A program made the position numbers and the translations under genes. From NCBI GenBank assembly GCA_002898555.1, contig BEHR01000009.1:6975-70974 (forward strand): 64,000 nt of DNA. Direction: 5' to 3'. Below, one piece after another: positions 17,783 through 26,096 of the stretch; the stretch's first letter is position 1; each line of letters starts with the position of its first letter. Under the pieces are notes generated by a model that had not been told where the DNA came from, did not search any database, and saw nothing but the letters and a program-made list of their open reading frames with translations. Source of the stretch: a bacterium HR15 (GTDB lineage Bacteria; Armatimonadota; Fimbriimonadia; Fimbriimonadales; GBS-DC).

Positions 17783-19249
17783 ATGCGCAGCTACGGTGTA
17801 TTTATCGACGGCGAGTGGCAGGTGACTGCCGAGCAGTATGAGGTGCGCAACCCTGCGAATGGAGAAGTGATTGCTCTGTGCGCGGTCGCAGGTGCGCAGG
17901 GGGTCGAGCAGGCGGTTCAAGCGGCGCAGCAAGCGTTTCCCGATTGGTCTGCCCGCTCTTACGAGGAGCGGGGCGAGATTCTGCGCGCGGTGGCAGCAGG
18001 CATCCAGAAGCGCTTCGATGAGTTCGCCTTCACCGAGAGCCAGCAGACGGGACGATGCATCCGCGAGACAATGGCGCACGACATCCCCGCGACCATCAGT
18101 GTGTTCGAATATTTCGCGGGGATTGCGCCTGCCATCCATGGTGAAACCTTGCCCATTCCGGGCAACTATCTGAACTACACGCGGCGCGAACCCTACGGTG
18201 TTGTTGCGGCGATAACCCCGTGGAACTTTCCTCTGTGGCTGGCAGCGATCAAGATTGCCCCTGCCCTTGTGGCGGGCAACACGATGGTCATCAAGCCCGC
18301 ACCTACCACACCCATCACCACCCTGATGCTGGCAGAGGTGATGACGGAGGCGGGTTTGCCACGAGGTGTGTTCAATGTGCTGACCGACCCGACACCGGGT
18401 ACCTTAGGCGACCTACTAACTGCGCATCCCAAAGTGAACAAAATCGCCTTTACGGGCTCAACCGCCGTCGGTATTCGGGTCATGCAGCGCGCCGCGATGA
18501 ATGTGACGCCCGTGTCGCTGGAGCTGGGCGGCAAGTCGCCCTTTATCGTGTTTGCCGATTGCGATTTTGAACGCGCACTTGCCTATGCGCTGTTGGCGAA
18601 CTTCTTTGCGCAGGGTCAAATGTGCACCGCGGCAACGCGCATCTTGGTGGAGCGACCGCTGTATGAGCGATTTAAAGAGGCGTTCGTGGCACGGGCAGCA
18701 CGCCTGCAGATTGGCGACCCGCTGGACCCTGCCACCGAGTTTGCCACGCTGCACAAGCACGAGCAATTGGAAAAAACCATGCGCTATGTGCAGATCGCCC
18801 GTCAGGATGGTGCGACGGTGTTGACAGGGGGCAACCGCCTAACAGAACCCCCGTTCGATAAGGGCTTTTACTTTCAACCCACCGTGCTGGAGGGTGTGCC
18901 TGTCGATTCGCGTGTCGCCTGCGAAGAGATTTTCGGTCCTGTGGTGATGCTGTTTCCCTTCGAGGGCGAGGCGGAAGCAGTTCAACGCGCCAATGCAACC
19001 GAGTATGGGCTGGCGGCAGGCATCTGGACACAGGACATCGGCAAAGCCCATCGAGTGGCGCACCAGCTGCAAGCAGGTAAGGTATGGATCAACTGCTACA
19101 ATATGATCCCGCCCGGCGCGCCCTATGGGGGCTACAAAAAGAGCGGCTTCGGACGCGAACTGGGCTTACACTGTTTACTGGAACTGTATACCCAAGTCAA
19201 GGACATCCAAGTGGATCTCAGCCCGGATTACTTTGAGTGGTTCGGTTAA
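17783..19249 (+). CDS. aldehyde dehydrogenase family protein (betaine-aldehyde DH-like)
   Basis: 488 aa. Carries 'ITPWNFPL', 'ELGGKSP' and 'FAQGQMCTAATR' (catalytic Cys). Confidence 0.9.
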   Translation: MRSYGVFIDGEWQVTAEQYEVRNPANGEVIALCAVAGAQGVEQAVQAAQQAFPDWSARSYEERGEILRAVAAGIQKRFDEFAFTESQQTGRCIRETMAHDIPATISVFEYFAGIAPAIHGETLPIPGNYLNYTRREPYGVVAAITPWNFPLWLAAIKIAPALVAGNTMVIKPAPTTPITTLMLAEVMTEAGLPRGVFNVLTDPTPGTLGDLLTAHPKVNKIAFTGSTAVGIRVMQRAAMNVTPVSLELGGKSPFIVFADCDFERALAYALLANFFAQGQMCTAATRILVERPLYERFKEAFVARAARLQIGDPLDPATEFATLHKHEQLEKTMRYVQIARQDGATVLTGGNRLTEPPFDKGFYFQPTVLEGVPVDSRVACEEIFGPVVMLFPFEGEAEAVQRANATEYGLAAGIWTQDIGKAHRVAHQLQAGKVWINCYNMIPPGAPYGGYKKSGFGRELGLHCLLELYTQVKDIQVDLSPDYFEWFG

Positions 19250-19275
19250 GGTGGGGATCGGCTTTTCCCGCAAGG

Positions 19276-19281
19276 TATAAT
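19276..19281 (+). promoter_or_regulatory. -10 box of nuoHJK (leaderless pattern)
   Basis: 'AAGGTATAAT', 11 nt before ATG 19293, with no SD. Confidence 0.55.
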
Positions 19282-19292
19282 CTCAGGCACAG

Positions 19293-20564
19293 ATGACACC
19301 GAGCGAGTTGGGCTGGGCGCTGTTGCGTGTGGCAATTGTGCTGGGTTTCTTGTTAGGCACGCTGCCGCTGGTTATCTGGTTCGAAAGGCGGGCGATTGCA
19401 TGGTTTCAGGATCGAATCGGTCCGAACCGTTTGGGCCCGTTCGGTTTGTTCCAGCCGATTGCCGACGCGGTAAAGCTTTTTTTCAAAGAGGAGATTGTGC
19501 CGGCGAATGCCGACCGATTCATCTGGTCGCTGGCGCCTGCGCTCTCCTTGTTTCCTGCGTTGGTGGCTGCCGCTACCATCCCGTGGGGACCGAATCGTCT
19601 GCTGACCCCCGTGGCCGATGTGGAGATTGGCATCCTCTACTTTCTGGCGATGTCGTCGCTGGCGGCATATGGCGTGCTGCTGGCGGGCTGGTCGTCCAAC
19701 AACAAATACTCGCTGCTGGGTGGTCTGCGAGCGTCCGCACAGGTGATTAGCTATGAGTTGGGCATGGGGCTGGCGCTGGCAACGGCTATCGTGGCGAGCG
19801 GCAGCCTACGCATGACCGAGATGGTGGCGATTCAGGCGGAGCCACTGTGGGGTGTCGTGCCCTTTCTTCATAACTGGCTGGTGTTTACCCCATGGGGGCT
19901 GGTGGGCGCTGCGCTCTTTTTTATCTGCATGCTGGCGGAGACCAACCGCGCCCCCTTCGACCTGCCGGAAGCCGAGAGCGAGCTGGTCGCCGGCTACCAG
20001 ACCGAGTACAGCAGCATGAAGTTCGCTGCCTTCTTCATGGGCGAGTATATGGCAGTGCTCACCATCAGCGGCATTATGACGACCTGCTTTTTGGGTGGCT
20101 ATCTGGCACCTGTGAACTGGTCGCCCCTGCAGTCGCTGGCGGAGACGGGGGGCGGAATCTTTGTGCCGCTGGCGACGCTCACGGGTGCGCTTGCGCCACC
20201 GTTCTGGTTCCTGCTCAAAGTAGCAGCGTTGGTATTTGTCTTTGTGTGGGTGCGGGCAACGCTCTTGCGTTTGCGTTATGACCAGCTGATGAACCTCGGC
20301 TGGCGCGTGCTGATTCCCGTTGGGCTAATGAATCTTGCGCTGCTGACGGTCTATCTGCTCTATGGCTGGCTGCCTGCTTTAGTCGGGTATGTGTTGGCGA
20401 TCGCCCTTTATGCGATTTGGGCAGGTGAGCGTGCGCGCAGGGTGGAGCGGCGCCAAGTGATTTTGTATGCGGAAGCGCGCCCCTATCGACGAGCAGAAAG
20501 TTCCCCGTCCTCAACGCCTCTTTCAGAAGGCAAAGGGCTTCCACAGGAGGTGCTGCATGGCTGA
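19293..20564 (+). CDS. nuoH: NADH-quinone oxidoreductase subunit H, with about 60-aa C-terminal extension
   Basis: Carries 'WFERRAIAWFQDRIGPNRLGPFGLFQPIADAVKLFFKE' and 'ETNRAPFDLPEAESELVAGY'. Confidence 0.93.
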   Translation: MTPSELGWALLRVAIVLGFLLGTLPLVIWFERRAIAWFQDRIGPNRLGPFGLFQPIADAVKLFFKEEIVPANADRFIWSLAPALSLFPALVAAATIPWGPNRLLTPVADVEIGILYFLAMSSLAAYGVLLAGWSSNNKYSLLGGLRASAQVISYELGMGLALATAIVASGSLRMTEMVAIQAEPLWGVVPFLHNWLVFTPWGLVGAALFFICMLAETNRAPFDLPEAESELVAGYQTEYSSMKFAAFFMGEYMAVLTISGIMTTCFLGGYLAPVNWSPLQSLAETGGGIFVPLATLTGALAPPFWFLLKVAALVFVFVWVRATLLRLRYDQLMNLGWRVLIPVGLMNLALLTVYLLYGWLPALVGYVLAIALYAIWAGERARRVERRQVILYAEARPYRRAESSPSSTPLSEGKGLPQEVLHG

Positions 20565-21054
20565 ACGGCTGTTTTTCTTTCTGTGCGCGCTCGTGGCGAT
20601 TAGCACCGCGGTGGGGATGGTCGCCTCGCGCAATCCGGTGCGTAGCGCACTCCTGCTTGTGGCGAACTTCTTCTGCCTCGCCATGCTCTATTTCACGCTG
20701 AGCGCCCAGTTTGTGGGCATCATCCAGATTATCGTCTACGCCGGCGCGATTATGGTGCTGTTTTTGTTCGTGATTATGCTGCTTAATCTCGGCTCGCCCG
20801 AAGCGCAGTTGCAAGAGCGCGAGTTGCGTCGCCCCCTCGCATGGCTATTGGCAATAGGGCTATTTCTGGTGTTAGTCAGCCAGGTGTTCCTCGTGGTAAA
20901 CGCGCAGCCTCAGCCGCATGGGGCAGCGGGCACGGCACGCATGATCGGCAGTGCGATGTTCACGCAGTGGTCGTTCCCGCTGCTGATTGTGGCGGTGCTG
21001 CTGACGGTGGGGGTGATTGGTTCCATCTTGCTTGCACGGAGGAGGTCGGCATGA
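20557..21054 (+). CDS. nuoJ: NADH-quinone oxidoreductase subunit J
   Basis: Internal ATG 20557 overlaps the nuoH stop by 8 nt. '[55 protein letters not shown]' is typical of NuoJ. Confidence 0.9.
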   Translation: MAERLFFFLCALVAISTAVGMVASRNPVRSALLLVANFFCLAMLYFTLSAQFVGIIQIIVYAGAIMVLFLFVIMLLNLGSPEAQLQERELRRPLAWLLAIGLFLVLVSQVFLVVNAQPQPHGAAGTARMIGSAMFTQWSFPLLIVAVLLTVGVIGSILLARRRSA

Positions 21055-21371
21055 CGGCGGTTCCAGCAAGCGCGTATCTCACACTGGCGGCATTTCTGTT
21101 CGCGATTGGCGCGGCAGGCGTGCTGATCAAGCGCAATCCTATCGTGATTTTTATGTGCATCGAGTTGATGTTGAACGCGGTCAATCTGACTTTTCTGACC
21201 TTCGCGCTGCATCAGCCCAATTTGCAGGCGCAGGTGGCAGGGCATGTGTTCGTGCTGTTCGTGATTGGCGTGGCCGCGGCGGAAGTGGCGGTCGGATTGG
21301 GCATTATCGTGGTCATCTTCCGCCTGCGCGAAACAATCGATGTCGACTCGGTCAGCCTGCTGCGTGAGTAG
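21051..21371 (+). CDS. nuoK: NADH-quinone oxidoreductase subunit K
   Basis: ATGA overlap with nuoJ. '[24 protein letters not shown]' is the NuoK signature. 106 aa. Confidence 0.9.
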   Translation: MTAVPASAYLTLAAFLFAIGAAGVLIKRNPIVIFMCIELMLNAVNLTFLTFALHQPNLQAQVAGHVFVLFVIGVAAAEVAVGLGIIVVIFRLRETIDVDSVSLLRE

Positions 21372-21383
21372 ACATAAGAAAGG

Positions 21384-21389
21384 TATAAT
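21384..21389 (+). promoter_or_regulatory. -10 box upstream of metE
   Basis: 'AGGTATAAT', 16 nt before ATG 21406. Confidence 0.5.
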
Positions 21390-21405
21390 CCCCTTAGGTG
21401 AAACC

Positions 21406-23643
21406 ATGCTGACGGACTATATTCAGACCTATGCATACGGCTACCCGCGATTAGGGGAGCAGCGTGAATTCAAGCGGTTGATTGAGGGCTACTGGCAGGG
21501 CAAGGTCTCCGAGCAGGAGCTGCTTCAGGGCATCGCGACGCTGGAAGCAGACCGCATAGCGACTTATGCCCAGTTCGTGGATACACATCCTGTTGGTGAG
21601 ATGACTCTGTATGACCACATGCTCGATACCGCGCTTATGCTGGGCGTGTACGAGATAGATCCGAATGACCTGAACGCCTATTTTGAGCTGGCGCGTGGAG
21701 CAAACGCTCTGCCCATGACCAAATGGTTCAACACCAACTATCATTATCTGGTGCCGCATATCACGCGGGCAACTCGGTTTCAGCTGGGTTGGGTCAAACC
21801 TCTACCGGAGCGGGCCCTTTACTCACCGCGTCAAACCCTTCCCTACTTAATCGGTCCTTACACCTTTGTGCGGTTGAGCAAAGGCTACGCTCCTGAAGAT
21901 GTTCCTTATCTGCTGCAGGCGGTGGCGGAGCCTTATCAAGAGTTATTGCGGATTTTGAACGAGACGGGTGCGCCCTATGTGCATATGGACGAACCGGCAT
22001 TTGTGCTGGATATGCCTGCGGAACATCTGTCAGCCATCCAGCAGGTCTATCTACTGCTGGGTCAGGAAGCGAACTTGCTGCTCATGACCTATTATGACAG
22101 CGTGGACTTCCTGCCCCTGCTGTACGAGCTACCGATTGCGGGCATCGGGCTGGATTTGGTGCATGGCAAGCGCAACCTGCAGCATATTGGGCAGTTCGGC
22201 TTCCCCAGCGATAAGATTCTGGTCGCAGGCGTGGTTGACGGGCGCAATGTGTGGCGCTCCGATTTTGCAGCGATTATCGAGTTGATTCGCAACCTGCAAA
22301 GCCGCACCGAAGCAACCCTCTGGCTCTCCAACGGCTCGCCCCTGATGCACCTGCCGGTCACCGTCGAGCCAGAGGAGAAGCTGGACCCCGCGTTGAAGGA
22401 GCGTATCGCCTTCGCGAAGGAACGCCTGGAGGAGCTCCTGATCCTGGGCAAACTCCTATCGGATCAGTCCGATGAGTGGGACATGAGCAGTCTGGATGAT
22501 TTTCAGCCCACCCACCGAATCGACCACTGGTACTCGGCGGAGGTGCAGCAGTGCGTGGCGCGCCTGCACCCAGAGGATTTTGAACGCGCCCTGCCCTACA
22601 GCGAGCGCGATTGCCTCCAGCGCGAGCGATTACAACTGCCCCTGTTCCCCACCACCACCATCGGCAGTTTTCCACAAACGCCCGAAGTGCGTCAAATGCG
22701 CACCGCCTACCGCAACGGCAAAATCAGCCAAGCCGAGTATGAAGCGTTCATCCAAGACCAGATTAGACGATGCATCCAGCTGCAAGAGGAGATTGGTCTG
22801 GATGTGCTGGTGCATGGTGAGTTTGAGCGCACTGACATGGTGGAGTTCTTCGCCGAGAAGATGGAAGGCATCGCCTTCACGCAGCAGGGCTGGGTGCTCT
22901 CTTACGGTACGCGCGTGTATCGCCCGCCCATCATCTATGGTGATGTGCGGCGACGCGAGCCGATGACCCTCAAGGAAATCACCTTCGCTCAATCGCTCAC
23001 GCAAAAGCCCGTGAAGGGGATGCTGACGGGCCCCGTCACGATTGTGGCGTGGAGCTTCGTGCGCGAGGACATCCCCATCGAGCAGGTCGCGTTCCAGATT
23101 GCGCTGGCGTTGCAAGAGGAAGTGCGCGATCTGGAGGCAGCGGGCATCAAGATGATACAAATCGATGAGCCTGCCTACCGCGAGAAGGCGCCGCTCAAAC
23201 GCGCCGACTGGGAGCCGTACTTCCGCTGGGCGGCGCAGGCGTTCCGACTGGCGGCACGCGCCAAACCCGAAACGCAGGTACATACCCACATGTGCTATTC
23301 CGAGTTCAGCGAAGTGTTGCCCTTTATCGACTGGATGGACGCCGATGTGATTACCATCGAGGCGACGCGCAGCAAGGGCGAGGTCATCAGCGCGTTCGAA
23401 CATTACAACTATGCCCGGCAGATTGGTCCAGGCGTGTTCGATGTGCATTCGCCCGTGGTGCCGAGCGTCGAATCGATAGAGTCCATTATCGAGCGGGCGA
23501 TTCGGGTCATTCCGCGCGAGCGGTTCTGGATTAATCCTGACTGCGGGCTGAAGACGCGCCGTTGGGAGGAGGTCATCCCTGCGCTGCACCACATGGTGCA
23601 AGCGGCACGCAACCTGCGGGCACGCTACGGCGCAACGGGATAA
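21406..23643 (+). CDS. metE: cobalamin-independent methionine synthase (5-methyltetrahydropteroyltriglutamate-homocysteine methyltransferase)
   Basis: 745 aa starting at MLTDYIQTYAYGYPRLGEQREFK. The C-terminal half has 'FPTTTIGSFPQT', 'HMCYSEF' and 'INPDCGLKTR' (zinc ligands). The longer ORF start at 21265 overlaps nuoK and is rejected. Confidence 0.95.
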   Translation: MLTDYIQTYAYGYPRLGEQREFKRLIEGYWQGKVSEQELLQGIATLEADRIATYAQFVDTHPVGEMTLYDHMLDTALMLGVYEIDPNDLNAYFELARGANALPMTKWFNTNYHYLVPHITRATRFQLGWVKPLPERALYSPRQTLPYLIGPYTFVRLSKGYAPEDVPYLLQAVAEPYQELLRILNETGAPYVHMDEPAFVLDMPAEHLSAIQQVYLLLGQEANLLLMTYYDSVDFLPLLYELPIAGIGLDLVHGKRNLQHIGQFGFPSDKILVAGVVDGRNVWRSDFAAIIELIRNLQSRTEATLWLSNGSPLMHLPVTVEPEEKLDPALKERIAFAKERLEELLILGKLLSDQSDEWDMSSLDDFQPTHRIDHWYSAEVQQCVARLHPEDFERALPYSERDCLQRERLQLPLFPTTTIGSFPQTPEVRQMRTAYRNGKISQAEYEAFIQDQIRRCIQLQEEIGLDVLVHGEFERTDMVEFFAEKMEGIAFTQQGWVLSYGTRVYRPPIIYGDVRRREPMTLKEITFAQSLTQKPVKGMLTGPVTIVAWSFVREDIPIEQVAFQIALALQEEVRDLEAAGIKMIQIDEPAYREKAPLKRADWEPYFRWAAQAFRLAARAKPETQVHTHMCYSEFSEVLPFIDWMDADVITIEATRSKGEVISAFEHYNYARQIGPGVFDVHSPVVPSVESIESIIERAIRVIPRERFWINPDCGLKTRRWEEVIPALHHMVQAARNLRARYGATG

Positions 23644-23646
23644 GCA

Positions 23647-24063
23647 CTAACACCCACTGCCGAAGTTGAACAGCACGATGAGCAAGTCTGCGTCGTCTAC
23701 CGTGGCGTCGCAGTTCACATCGGCGATGTTGAACCCCGTCGCACCGAAGTTGAACAGCACAACCAGCAGATCGGCGTCGTCCACACAGCCGTTGCCGTCC
23801 ACATCCCCATTCGTCGGGATGCAGGCAGGTGTGAACCAGAAGCCACCCGTGAGGGTAAACGCGCCCCCTGTGAGCGTGTTGCTTGCATCGGGCTGTCCGA
23901 TGGTGCCGCCCAAGTTGAAACTGCCACCTGTGGCGAAGGTGATGCCGCCCCCGTCGATTGTCCACCAAGTCAGGTCGTAACCACCGCCCGATTGGGCATT
24001 GGCAAGCATCAGACTGAGCAGCGCAATAGCTGCAATGCTTACCCGTTTCGTCAGTTTGCTCAT
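23647..24063 (-). CDS. small secreted protein with dockerin-like double repeat
   Basis: Signal peptide 'AAIALLSLMLANAQS' and SD AAGGAGG. The C-terminus reads 'NGDVDGNGCVDDADLLVVLFNFG...DVNCDATVDDADLLIVLFNFG'. Confidence 0.75.
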   Translation of the reverse strand: MSKLTKRVSIAAIALLSLMLANAQSGGGYDLTWWTIDGGGITFATGGSFNLGGTIGQPDASNTLTGGAFTLTGGFWFTPACIPTNGDVDGNGCVDDADLLVVLFNFGATGFNIADVNCDATVDDADLLIVLFNFGSGC

Positions 24064-24135
24064 TATTTGCCTCCTTCTTGGTGGTGGATTCCCTTCCCCA
24101 TGGGGTGGGAGCGGAGTTTCCCGCCTTGTGACAGC

Positions 24136-26022
24136 CTATTTAGAGCGCTCGGGGGCACGGGAGCGATTGAGATCGGGATGATAGAAAATCCCTCGCTCCT
24201 TTGGTTGCCCATAGAGTTCCGGGTGCAGGTACTTGCCCTGTTGCTCCCTCGGTTTCTCCTGCTCGGTCTGGTAGCCATAGTGTTGCACCCACCGGTCGTT
24301 GCGGATTGCCTCCACACGCCAAGACACCTTTTTACCAGGAACACCTCCAGCAATTTTGAATCGGTTACCTTGAACCTCCTGTGCAATATGCAGATTAGGC
24401 ATGGGCGCTCCTATAGGGGTTAGCAAGTAGCGCGGGGAGCGATTGATAAGTTCAAAGTAATCAGGTAGCTGTACCCACGCCTCTCCGTTTGCATCCAGCT
24501 CCACGACGCCACTATAGGCGTTATAGGGTTCTGGACCTTCAGTGCAGAAGTGGTTGAGGTAATAGGTTTCGGGATGGATAGGATGATCAATTATCCAGCT
24601 TTTGGTACCAGATGCTGCAAACCGTCCTAAAGAAAATACGCCATATCCATCGCGGCTCTCAGCCTGCCCCACTACTCCTTGAGAAGATCCCGTCAAATCC
24701 CAGGCATAGCCGAAAACGCCGTATTGCGGCGCCATGCCGAGTACCCCGCGCCCGTCAAGGCTATCAGCCCGACCTATCACACCGCATCCGTTACCTTCAG
24801 AACTAATGTTCCAGCCATAAACGCCAGCACTGTATCGATCGGTACCCCTTGCAACGCCTTGTACACCGACGCCGTAGTCGTTACTAAGGCTTTCAAACTG
24901 ACCACCAACTCCTCCACCAGAAGAGGCATAAGCATATCCACGCACACCGACTCCTGCGTTGGACATGGTGGTACCGGTCACCCCGGCAGCAGTCCCAGTG
25001 GTGCTTTCGGAAGTACCATATATTGCAGCGCCCATATTCAGGCTGTTGTAAGCGACAACAGCCCTTCCTATACTGGACCGGACTTCGAGAGGACTGTTAG
25101 GATTATTTGTACCAATTCCAACGAAGCCCGAGGTGTAGTAAATCGTACCCGCTCCTACTCCACGCTGCCACAGTTCGTTACTCGGTGCCCACTGGGTTCC
25201 ATCCCACTTCAGTACCTGACCAGTAGCAGGAGATGCATTAGAGACGGGAAGCCCCTGTATCTTAGCTACCGTGGGATTGGGGTAATTACCACTCAGATCA
25301 CCTCCCGCTACACCCCCAGGTGGGATACCTGAAATTGTCACATTACTTGCCGAAGTAATACGCCCCTACGGGTCTACTGTGAACACACCCACCTGCGTTG
25401 GGCTACCGTAAGTGCCTGCAACAACTCCCGTGGTTGAAAGCTTAGCACTTGTCACGGCACCGTCAGCAATCTTGGGCGTGGTTACCACACCATCTGCCAG
25501 CATCGGTGTAGAGATTCTGCCAGTGGCCACGCTAAAGGTCGTGCCTGTGAGTGTAAGCCCTGCACCTGCTGAGTAGGTCGTGTCGTTGTCGACCCCGTCG
25601 GCAAATCCACCCGGCATACCTGTAATCCCACTCCATGGTACTTGCAGCGCAGATTGTGCTTGTCGGGCGAATATCGCGTAAGGTGTATGGGTGATTGCCA
25701 CTAAAGGGGAAAGCACCGTGTAGCTCCCTGTGCCCGCACGACGGACGCTAATTTCCAGATAACGCGGCTCTCCTGTCCACACATTGCCGAAATCCAGCGA
25801 GACAGTGAACAGTCCATTTTGGACGGCAACATTGGCACGAAAGATCGCAGAGCCGACCTGATTACTCCCGTCAGGGTCGCTGTAGAGACGAAAACGGAAG
25901 TCGTAGTTGCCGTTTGCTGGGTTTGTACCCTCCCTCAGGAAACCCTGATAGGTAAAGGTTTGGGCGCGAGTCGCTGTTAGCAGCCCTATCAGCCCTACTA
26001 TCAGCCATGTCGCTTTGACCAT
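24136..26022 (-). pseudogene. secreted tail-fibre-like / repeat protein interrupted by one in-frame TAG (25366-25368)
   Basis: ORFs 25366..26022 (signal peptide, 218 aa) and 24136..25341 (401 aa, no signal, GTG pseudo-start) share one frame (26022-25341=681=227x3). They are separated only by TAG, inside a '...[18 protein letters not shown]...[13 protein letters not shown]' repeat context. The second ORF has no SD of its own. Confidence 0.7.
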
Positions 26023-26096
26023 TTGGGATTACCTCCTCCACTGATGATAGAAATAAGCACTTAGCACCTTGGGCTACGGTAAGCTGCGGTACCGAC

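Noticed and set aside
21265-21405. Extended metE start at 21265.
   Set aside because: It would overlap nuoK by more than 100 nt. The homologous MetE N-terminus (MLTDYIQTYAYGYPRLG) starts at 21406, right after a -10 box and an SD-like AGGTGA.
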